Assembly (NCBI GenBank): GCA_043228905.1
Contig: JBHGNT010000153.1
Coordinates: forward strand, 1 to 64,000
Direction: 5' to 3'
Source of the DNA: Azolla caroliniana
Lineage: Eukaryota; Plantae; Polypodiophyta
Length of the DNA: 64,000 bases
The position numbers and the translations under genes were made by a program. The notes under the pieces were generated by a model. It did not search any database. It was not told the origin of the DNA and was given only the letters and a program-made list of their open reading frames with translations. The stretch's first letter is position 1. Each line of letters starts with the position of its first letter. Below are positions 53,201 through 64,000 of this stretch, piece by piece.

Positions 53201-55072
53201 CTTAATCTTTCTGCATGTGGATTAACTGATGCAGTTTCTGCTCTCTTAGGTGTAATCCTCAAGGTGCCGATTCATCAGTGTTTCCTAAACATTTATTTTT
53301 TCATATGCATATGAACCTTATGTAAGGGTCCTTTTTTAAGTGTATTGATGATAGATTGTGATATTGAAGGCACATGTATGTAGAAGGACTCAAGGAGATT
53401 GGCAAGCAAGTCTTAGAAGCTCAAAAGGAGTGAATGCACTGACAATGAGACCAAAGGGTCTGATTGCCCTTGACATTTCTTTGAATCGCCTCTCAGACTT
53501 CACTGTACAGACCATCTGCACTGTCTTGAGGATTGGCACCCCACTTGAATGTAACAAAATCCTCCTTAATCCTTTAGTTTTTATATATATTTTTAAAGGA
53601 TATTGCATTACGATTACATGCTATATATAATTTACAAAAGAGGCAATCTTCCGTGATGTTGAATTTGGATTTAATGTACAAAAAACAGCTCTGAATCTGA
53701 GGGGTAATCAGCTCACTAGAATTAGTGGGAAGCTGTTACTCGATGTAATGGAGGAATGGACAACTTTGAGACTGATTGACCTTCGAGATAATACCGATAA
53801 TAAACTTATGGGTGTCCTTGAGGATCGACAACACTTAACTACCTTTACAAAGAGACACCCTCCCTTTTGGACGGCATCGTTTTCGAGGCTGGGAAGAATA
53901 ACACGTCTGAAAACCTCTTCAAAAAAGATGAGAACACTAAATGGTTCTCTCACTGGCAATGCAGCTATCCGTCCTCAGTCTTGCCCAAACATCATTCAAT
54001 CCCATCCCCAACCTAAGAGTAGGTGTGTAAAACCTCCATTGGTACTTCAACAATCTACTTCAAGACATATTGAGTATATGAAAGACAACAAGCATATGCA
54101 AAGGCCATCAACATCTCCAACAAAGGATAACACATCTTTATCATCATGTCCTTCTGAATTTACAGCTTGGAGGGATAATGATTCAAGCACAAAAGAAAAC
54201 AGGATGCCATTTGACACATCTTGGGTCAACCCTAATGTGGTTGAGGAGTTTGCGCGAAAGCAAGCCAGCTATTTAAATGTGAAGAGAGCCCAAGATGAAG
54301 AAGATGATGTATTGAAACCAATGGACTTGAGAAGAAACTTTGATTCTGGAAACTATCAAGCTGAAACGTTTAAGACAAGACAAGGATCAGAACCGGTATT
54401 GAGGAAGGTGAATTGTGATGAACAACAGTTAAGAAGAAATAAATATGATGAAAATTGTAACCTTGATCAGGAGTTTGAGCAAATGGATGCAAAAAACCAT
54501 GGGCGTCAGACAGCATCACTTCTGAAGGAAATGACGCGGGCTATCCTTCATCTCCAAAGTATGGCATACAAAATCATATCCAGCATGTTGCATGCACATT
54601 TCCAATGCTTTGAGCAGCTGTCTTCACTCTATATCATTATGTTTTGAACATCTGTACTATTCATTAGGGTTTTGCTGTAAACATTCCACTGAAATTAAAC
54701 ATAATTTGCACGTGCCCACACATTTTCTGTATTGTCCTAAAAAAATGCCCACTCCTTTTGCTCTCTCTATGCATTTAATGTGGTGCTTAAGATGTTTCAT
54801 TTGGATGTTTTTGTTTGAGATACGAAATAGTGGGGCATTGTTTTGGCAAATACATCGAATTGTGTGATATTTTTATGTGTGTTGAATAGCATTTTTAGAC
54901 GTGCTTCTTATCTGTAAGCATTTCTTAAGAGATGAAGGAACCAAATGCATGCATTTTTTTGGATTGAATAAGGTGACAATACCATAGGTTTGTAAAACAG
55001 AGACACTGAAGTGTTTTCCTTTTTCAGAACGTCTTGATGAGCTTATTGGCCCCGCTCAGGCAGATTCGTTAG
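50283..55072 (+). CDS. CEP78: CEP78-like leucine-rich-repeat centriole/basal-body protein; well-supported exons 52069-52189, 52295-52355, 52452-52552, 52962-53032, 53165-53263, 53370-53550, 53689-54558, 55028-55072; 5' exons (about 50283-50381, 50509-50600, 50806-50873, 51872-51889) uncertain
   Basis: Spliced peptide LQELELGFALWQRDLKIIAESICQSPTLKRLSFANSELGDHGLQILGKSLQECAQLEILNLSACGLTDAVSALLGVILKAHVCRRTQGDWQASLR...LNLRGNQLT...EWTTLRLIDLRDN parallels human CEP78 as recalled ([30 protein letters not shown]...ILKYQTMRRHEETWAESLR...NTTLVVLDIRKN). Confidence 0.8.
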
Positions 55073-56740
55073 CAGAACAAGCGGCATCCCAATTGGAAGT
55101 GCTTGGTTAAGGTTGTAAGGAATTTATAAGAAATCATCCAATACTGAACAATTGTGATTAGAAGGCGAGTCTTGTTCAAATGTATGTATATGCACAACTG
55201 TCACATTTCAATGATGGTTAAAACTTGATGAGAATGTATGGCTCGACAAAGGAGTGCAATGGCAGTATTATAAACAGGTGAAAGCAGATGCAGCCTGTGA
55301 TTCAAAAAATAATAAATGAAGAGAAGTAAATTGAATTTCTCTTTTCTAACCTCTTCCTTGTAATGTAAAGAAGACTAATTCTAACATTCAAATGTGGCAC
55401 ATTCTTGTGTACATGAACCTTAAAAACTAAATGATGTGTCTTTGTAGATAACTTTTTCTTATTGACTTCATGCATAGCAAATAAATGTAAAAGAAAATTG
55501 CGATATGTTTTTGGTCTAACTGATGGTTGTGTATTGGTATTGATGCACATCTTCAAGATGTCCAATGGAATGGCATTGTATCTTATTTATTAAAGAATAT
55601 TGGGATGGGCATTGGGATTTGTGACCTCATACAACATGCATTATTATGTAGTCTTGCATGATGTGGGAATTTGCACTTTAGTGTGAGGCTGAAGATGTTA
55701 CGAAGTAATGATAATGAAAGTGACAATGGATCAATGCACCCATAATAATTTTACATCTTCCTTTCTACTTTCACACAACACTGAATACAACAAGATGTCA
55801 TGTTATTTGGGGAAGGAAAAAAGTATAGGGTATGAGAATTGGCCAATATAGAAGAGCAACAATTTAACATGCCGATAGACAACTTTTTCTAATGCCAGTG
55901 TTGCAATACAGTAAGGAGATATTCAAGCTAGCAAGATAGTGAGACACAAATGAATTTAGGTTAGTGCACACGATGATAGAGAATTAGATGAAGTATCGAC
56001 TTGAGTTTACGCACATTTTTGTCTTCTTTCGTGATGTTTTGTTTGTCCTTTTGTAGTATCGTTCTCATTTATATTTGTTTCTATTGAGGGAAAAATCTGA
56101 AAATGTCTAGATGTTATGATTACAAAAACAAAAATGTAATGCTTATTTACAAATTATTTGACTAAAGAGATGGACTTCTTCATACAATCCATTTGCGAGG
56201 CCAAATGGTTGTGATGTCACGCACAAAATTCATTTCATTGCTAATAAAAATGATCTCATCAATATGTACTCACATTCATTTCATTGCTAATAAAAAAGAT
56301 CTCATCAATATGTACTCACAAAATCCGAACATGTGAAATTTATCCTTGTCAAACTTTGTTGGGTAAATCTACATGCTAGCTCCATTAATATCATTAATCC
56401 AATCATGGAGCATACAAATGATTATTTTAGAAATGAACAAACTTCATATTGGCACCTTGAAAGGCATGTCCTGCACTCGGCTTTATGGCAACCCTAAGAA
56501 TGATCTACATAAAAATAGCCCCAAAAAAGATATCAATTAGCAAGAATTTTGAATGGTTGGTTGAGGGAAAAGCTTGTTGTGAGCGCATTGCTTGTATTTT
56601 GTTCCCCAGTTTGAAGTGACTGTAGATGAACGTGTAGGGATCTTTAAACTCTCATAAACTGTGGCCATGTTTCTATCAACTCTTTTTAAACGCATTGAGT
56701 TGTTAATGAATAGTAGGAGGAGGAAGACGACGAAGGACCC

Positions 56741-57880
56741 ATGGAAGCATGCTTTCCGACACATCAAACAGGCCCAGGTGCTATAGAAGATCAATCCGCC
56801 CATCTTCTTCTGCATTGGCAAGCTCAATTCCCTCGATCTTTTCAGTATTATCTTGACAAATCTGCTCCTCATGCTCTTCTTTACCGTGGATCGTTTCTCT
56901 CTTCTTTTCCATAGCTTACTGCCTGCGTGTTTGCTATATCCAAGGTTTCTATATCGTGACTTATGGTCTAGGGATCTATCTTCTGAACCTTCTTATCGGT
57001 TTTCTTTCTCCTCAAATTGATCCAGAGATCAGCAGCGATGGTCCTCTCCTTCCTTCCAATGTCTCGGATGACTTCAAGCCTTTCATTCGACGCCTTCCCG
57101 AATTTAAGTTCTGGTTAGTTTCATGATCATCATCAATTGTGTATGGTATGGTTAGTCTAATTGTTTTCTAAGTCGTGTTTTACTTCTCATCATAACAATC
57201 ACCATCGTACATGGCTGCTTTGCTTATGAAGAGAAGTATATACAGTGAGAAACATTTTGAATGGATGAACTCATGAATATTATCTAGCATTCACCAAAAT
57301 GAATTTTTTTCTTTGCACATTGTTTTTACCGAGGAACTTGGCTTCCTTTGAAATGGAAACATGCTAGAGAAATTACTGTTCTTTAAAAAATTAGCTGATT
57401 TGCTCTCCAACTTTATCATCCTCTTATGTTTTGTGTTTCTGTAACTCCAGGTATGCATTTACAAAGGCTTTTTGTGTGGCATTTGGCATGACCTTCTTTT
57501 CAAGATTTGACGTTCCTGTCTTTTGGCCGATACTGCTGCTCTATTGGATAGTTCTTTTCACTCTCACAATGAAGCGTCCAGCTACGCCACATGATCAAGT
57601 TTAAATATGTACCATTCAGTTTTGGCAAACAGGTAAGAATATTATCCTCAAAAGCATGTGTGTGTGTGTGTATGATATGGTATATGCATATGTCAATGTG
57701 TATGTGAATGAATGAATGAAACTTGTAAGTATGTATGTATGTTTGTATGCATGCATATTTGAATATGTATATGTATGTGTGTATGGACGCATAGTTGAAT
57801 CTGTGAAAAATACCAGTAGACCTTTTCTTGTTGCTTAGAATTTTTGCAATTTGTTCAGCGCCTACACAGGGAAGAAGTGA
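56741..57880 (+). pseudogene. RER1: RER1 (Golgi-to-ER retrieval receptor) with three 1-nt frameshifts, either a pseudogene or assembly errors; exons 56741-57113, 57451-57632, 57859-57880
   Basis: [88 protein letters not shown]. Restoring the frame needs +T at 56887, -C at 57578 and -C at 57862. Confidence 0.85.
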
Positions 57881-59549
57881 CGAATGACATGAAGCGCAGG
57901 GTTTAAATGGTCGATTTTTTTTGAAGTTCCAAGAAACACATGGATTGTTGTTCCATGTCATCATCGCTTTGCCATGTCTGAGGTTACCCATTCTCTCATT
58001 ATTTGCCTCCTGCAGCACCAACACTAGCGATGAATTGAAGTGCATTAGTTTTGAAGGAATTGAGAGTCCATTTTCTCTCTAGAATCTGTTAAAATACAAT
58101 CTCACTGTGTCTCCGTGTTTTTTGTAACACAATCTCTCTCTCTCTCTCTCTATCCATCTCTTTGTACATGAAAGAGAAACATTTTAAAGGGGATGAGCAT
58201 GAAGGGCAAGTAACATTTAGATAGAGCATAAAATGCATATGCCCATCATTGGAAGAGATATAATTCTATTATGCTTTTTTTCAAAAACATTGTCCAAAAT
58301 TCTGTTTTCATATTTTATAACAGCTTATCTCCAAAATACTTTTGTTTTTTTTTGACGGTTGTGTATGACAGTTGGTGTGACACATTGCTTCTCGCTATTG
58401 CTATTGCTATCTGTATCTCTTTTCTTGCTATCCCACCTTACTCAAAGGTACCATGCCAACTCTACACATGCACATACTGATCTTTTTAAGTAGAAGATTT
58501 GTTGCATCTGGGACTAACATGGACAAGTCATTGGCCGGACCTATGTTTGTCTAATGCCAAGTGTAGTAGCAACCATAGCCTCAAGGTTACTCTAGCTAAG
58601 CGAATTTTAGCTTGCATGTACGAGTCGATTCTTGGAATGGGATGCTCTTCGAGTCACATTACAAGATTACTCTCTCTTAATCAATGGTCTGACCACGCAC
58701 AAATAACCTATAAGGGCATCCCCGTGAGGTTTATATACATGCCCAACCGTAATCCTTACGTTAGGAGAGGGGTCCTTCAATGCTTATAGCATAGGTAGAG
58801 GACCATTTGAGCAACAACTAAAAGGTAATTTATGGAGAAAATTTGAGAGTGGGAATATGTTTGAGCATGAAGTAAAAGGTAATGGAGGTAGAATGTTGGA
58901 GTGTGGGCTCGGTGCTAGAGGTTCCTTCACCACTTTCTTGGATTATTGTCTTATGTCACCATCACTCCTCATCATCAAGTTCATAATGTTTCGCAACTTT
59001 TCTAACTACTATCACTTATATAGAATTCATATGAGTAGAACATATTCTTTCGTTTGCAAACACAATACATAATTTTATACTATACAGTACTAAGGGCACT
59101 ATGATAACAGGAATCCATGATTCCATGTGTATTGTGATCAATTGAATCCATTAGTGCGGCCAATCATTTCAATTTCCAATGATTAATGAAGCTTAAAAAG
59201 TTAGTAATGATGGCTATCAGCCCATGTGGTTCATGGATGGCCACATGGTTGGCAACAACAAAAACCAATATGTAAGCCATGGAGCCATTCATTTGCAAGA
59301 AGATGGGTCAAATGTTAGATTTATTGAGTCCTTAAGGTTATGCACTAGGGGAAGATATCTACATTCTATCTATCTATCTATATTGACGCGATTTGGGGAC
59401 TACTTTGGGAGTTTCGAAACCCCAGGGGCATTCTTGGAATAAGTTTGGGGAAATAACAATATCCTTACCAACGTCTGTATATATATATATATATATATAT
59501 ATGTAATAATGTATGTATGTATGTATCATAGTACATAAAATTCGTGTTG

Positions 59550-59767
59550 GTCTAGCATAACATTCGTTTTCATACGTTGGGAAACGAAAGTGAATGTTAT
59601 TCAAACATTCTTGAGTTTTTTTTTAGTTTTATTCCCCTTTTTTAAAGTTTTCTTTTTCTTTTTTTAGGTTTATTTACCTCATAATAAATAGTCAATCCAA
59701 AAGTATGATATTTACCATTCTTCGAGGGTATCAAACCATACTCGAATGCGAATGCACGTATCGTACG
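59550..59767 (-). repeat. Short dispersed repeat, copy 2 (inverted relative to 44407-44620)
   Basis: Sequence similarity to the reverse complement of 44407-44620. Confidence 0.65.
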
Positions 59768-59824
59768 TAAGGTTCATACTATGCGTATAACGGTAAATGT
59801 ATGTATGTGTGTGTGTATGAAAAT

Positions 59825-59825
<1 letters not shown>

Positions 59826-59871
<46 letters not shown>

Positions 59872-59879
59872 TACATACA

Positions 59880-59915
<36 letters not shown>

Positions 59916-59927
59916 TATATACATACA
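59826..59927. repeat. Compound (CA)n(TACA)n(TA)n microsatellite upstream of the lectin gene
   Basis: Directly visible repeat tracts. Confidence 0.95.
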
Positions 59928-60041
59928 TGATACATATATTAGCGGCTGAAGTACGCAGACCGACCCAGCGCTGTGTGTGTATATACTATAAACACACAAT
60001 CAGAGAGAGAGAGAGAGAGAGAGGCAGGCAGGCAGGCAGGC

Positions 60042-62001
60042 ATGGTGGGTACAACAAGCTCATTGGATCTACAACAGATCCTGAGAACCGATCCGCACGC
60101 TCACTTCCACGTGGACACCATCTGCTGTGACGGACTGTGCCTCTTGGAGGAGGAGGAAGGCGTGTTCTATCCATCTTGGTCGGATTTGTGGCAGCAACAG
60201 AAAGGCGGAATCCCCTTGAGAGACCATGTATTCCGTGTCTTCTGCAAGTCCCACCCAGGATTCAACCTCGCCGTCCAACACCATTGCCTCGCCTTGCTTC
60301 CCGCCAATACACTTGACCTGTCCCAGGTACATTTGTACATATGTATGTGTATGCCTGTCAGATACATATATGTATTATAGATTTATTATATTTTGTTTTA
60401 GAAATTTAATTTCATGAAGCATCCATACTTGCGAGCATAACATATAAGCTTATTTCACTAATTATACATATATTCCCACATGCTTTTTCTTTTGTGATTT
60501 TCATACGTATAAGCAACGTTTTTATTATTATTCATACACGATATCGTTTTGTTTTTTTTTGTATTAACTATTTTCAAGTGTAATTATGTTCTTAATCTTA
60601 GTTGCAGCTGATTAGTAGAGGAGTTCAACCAGCCAGGCTAGTCATCCTCAATCAGAATCCCAAATCAATGATGCTATTTGTTTCTATAATTAATCTTCTT
60701 TTTTTGTGGGTTTAGTCTTAAATTTGAACTTGGGAACTTTGTGCTACTTGATGTTTAATGTGCAAATATAATGGTTTCGTAACATTCATGCAATATATAT
60801 TTTGAAAAGAAACATAAAAGTGCATTCTTTTTGCAGCAATGGCTGAAGGACGATTCCTATAGCTTGAGAGTGAACGATAACTATGGACACCCCGCCTTTA
60901 GTCTTATTAACAAGGGAACAGGGAAGATCCTGAAGCATGGAAAACGCAAGGGTGAGCAGGTATGAACGATTTCAATACTATTTAAGGACACCTAAGTGAT
61001 TGCTTTTCGCAGATTTTATGACAGTTGAATAATTACTCACTGTGATTGGTCATTATAAAGAGTTGAGACAAATGGAAAGGATGATTTGTAAGTGCCACAG
61101 GAGTCCTGGAGCTCTACTCCTCCCCTGGCACATAAGTGAAAACAGAAGTGCCTTGGTTAGATGAAATATCACATTATATATCTTCAGGTGCAAGTATATG
61201 AGTGAGCATGTATACCCATCCCAATTGGAGTTTTCTTACTCTCTAAACCTGCCACAAAATAAGAAAAATTGTATATCTGTATGTGTGTGTGTATATATAT
61301 ATATATATAGTAGCCTGGAAAATGTATCTATATTTGTGTTTTTAACTATTTCTACTCTCTAATGGGAGTTTCACTCTGCAACGGGTTGCATCCCCACCCA
61401 ACGAGCCCCTCATAAGGAGAAAGGAAGTCTGATCCCATCCCAAATATATATTAATACAAGAAAAGTATTCATTTAGAGTTCTACGTTGGTGATATTTATT
61501 TTCCTAATTTGTGTTTAGCTGGTTCCATCATCCATTTCAAAAACTGCCTTGAAAAACAAAACCAGTAAGGCTACTATCTTATTGATATTTTATTGAAAAT
61601 AATGTTAAGTGAGGCATGAAGCCAGAAGTCCTTTAATCTTGTTTGAAAGGTTGCACTTTAAGAGCTGCACTTGTCATGATTAGAGTATATTTTGGCCAAA
61701 AAACTCAGAAATAACAGGTGCACTTGAAAGTTATTTTGGGGTTTTTCTCCATTGTTTGTCGATTTTGTTTATCTTTTCTGCTTCTTATTGACACCAGGTG
61801 CGTTTGATGGATTATGAAGCTAATATAAGAGATGATGACATAATGTGGACGGAAAGCCAAGATTTTGGAGAGGGTTTCAAGACTGTTCGATGTGCTAGTA
61901 ATACTCTCTTGAACTTGACTGTCTCTGGGGGAGGTAAAACCTTGGAGCTTGACACATGGCATAAGACAGCTAATCAACTGTGGAAAATCTTTCCACTCTG
62001 A
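60042..62001 (+). CDS. Euonymus-related lectin (EUL/OSR40-like ricin-B fold), single domain; exons 60042-60326, 60837-60959, 61798-62001
   Basis: FRVFCKSHPGFNLAV, QQWLKDDSYSLRVNDNYGHPAFSLINKGTGKILKH, MWTESQDFGEGFKTVRCASNTLLN and NQLWKIFPL match the EUL consensus. Introns are phase-0 GT-AG. Confidence 0.88.
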
Positions 62002-64000
62002 CTTCATATTGGTGGTGTTTATGTCCTATGAAATCTATATAGAAGTTCATAACCGTATATGTACAAATAACAAAGTGATGTAAAAAACTCTAACACATGG
62101 GGTAATATGTTTCTCTCAAAAGTATATGATTGTCTCAAAGCTGTTCGGGTTAATTGTTGCATGTTAATGATTTTACCAAGCCAATCATCTTTGGATGTTT
62201 AGGGAACCACGGTATATTCTAGTTAGTAGTGCAATTGTTTTAGCTATATGCTTTGATACATTATCGTTTTCTTTACTCAACAAGCAAGGTTCTAATATCA
62301 TTTTCTTTATCACTCTCATGACAAAATGATAATATGTTGGCTAATAATTTTACCGAGGCCCACTTCTACTCTTTTCTAAGGATAGAAAAGCACATACAAA
62401 GATAACATTGTATTCACACCATAGGCATTCTTGTGGGACTCTATACTACTATCATGCACTAAACAACTAAACACAAATTTATAGTATAGTAGCGTGTTAA
62501 TTGAATGAGGAATACGTGTATATGTTGCATTTTCAGAATGCTTGGTAAATGCAAGCTTTTAATGTATTTTGTAGAGGGGGAGGGATATTTTGTGTGACTA
62601 AAAATTCATTTGGAGCTCAATACTAGATCATTGCAAACGAGTGACAATTAAAAGAAAAAGAATTTATTGCATTGGCAAGCAAAGGTTTTGATCTTTTTCA
62701 CAAAGATTGATAGATTTTTTCTTATAATCAATAACTATAATTGTATACTGAAATAAACAGAAGATCTGCCGAGCTTTGATTGTTTTCAATTGGAAATATT
62801 GTAAAATGGGATAGGTGTCCAATATATATCATCTTGTTAGATACTAGAGAATATGAAACCTCAACCTCTTTTACAAATTTAGTTATACGTCTTGTTTGCA
62901 AATTTCTATGTATTTAATCTGTAGCCATGATGTTATCATTGCTTAATTAGAAATGTTCATCAAGCTAACTTTATCCTCAAATGAATAAGATAAATTTTTG
63001 AGCCCACAAAATTAACCACTATATTCCATGTAGGAAATCAGTGGTCATTCAATCAAAAGATAGACTAGGGTATTTGTTGAAGGCGCATAATGACATCAAA
63101 CTACGATAAGAATGAAATACACAAATCCTGGGAATCTACTAAATCTTAGAGGATCTCAGAAACATATGTTAGCAAGTTTACTTACTTTTAACGCACATCC
63201 ATCTATGACAAACACGAGCTAAGCTGAAACATACTAGTCTTTGAGAATATCTGAAGTATACATTTGCAATGTTTCCTGAAGGCTCAAGAGTTTCCTAATC
63301 TCATAACCTACTGAATGCACTTGGAATGACATTTCTTAGAATTTCGCAAAATTTGAGACAAACTAGCCTAAAGAAATACGGAAGCTACAACTTAAAAACT
63401 TCTGCTAAATGCACTTGAATGCTTGATTGTTAGAATACTAAACACAAATTTTGTGAAATTTGAGACACTAGCATAAAGAAATAAGAAAGTTTGAACATAA
63501 AACTTCTCAATTTCGAAATGATGGATTGCCACACTCCTAAATTTAATATAATCTGGTTTGGAAATATACTTCAAAAACAGTACCTATCTGCCAGATTTTT
63601 ACTACAATAATTTCAGTGTGCTACCACCGGTACATGAGCTCAGATGATGTAGAGTATGGAAAGTATCGGTTTGACATACTATCAACTACTATCATACAAA
63701 AAGTCAAGGATGGAAAACAAGTACATTCCTGTGCGCGTATTCGATACATAATGTAAGATATTTCTTTTATTATTCAGCAATTGTAAGGTAATGCTCCAAA
63801 AGCCTTACCGTGGAAACTTTCCATTAATTGCAACACCTAAATAGACCCTTGGCATGAACTCAAAATTTCTTATCATTTTCCTTACCCTCTAAACCTTCAC
63901 TCCTCTTTAGTATTCCTCTTTGCTTGCTTAAGAAAATGCAAAATTTTGACAACACGATTATCTTCGGTTCAAAGAATTACTTGAAATTTCTATGGTTGTG

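Overview
AT-rich, intron-containing nuclear DNA from a land plant. A CEP78 centriole gene, together with LAS-type GRAS and HECATE-type bHLH genes, suggests a seed-free plant with flagellated sperm, probably a fern (inference). Nine gene loci could be built by hand from GT-AG junctions: bHLH VIIIb (393-1787), LAS/MOC1-type GRAS (21370-23169), plastid phosphoserine phosphatase (24742-28659), an atypical plastocyanin (31091-31648, minus), a type-I membrane extensin with a bacterial-type cadherin-like beta-sandwich (34397-35919), an RLCK-V-type kinase (38079-41264, minus), a CEP78 homolog (about 50283-55072), a RER1 gene broken by three 1-nt indels (56741-57880) and a divergent Euonymus-type lectin (60042-62001). 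Intergenic DNA is mostly decayed Ty3/Gypsy and LINE relics plus microsatellites, with a CpG-rich orphan G-box cluster at 17.3-17.9 kb. The best novelty candidates are the extensin/cadherin-like membrane chimera and the plant CEP78. All family calls come from motif recognition by eye, with no database search.
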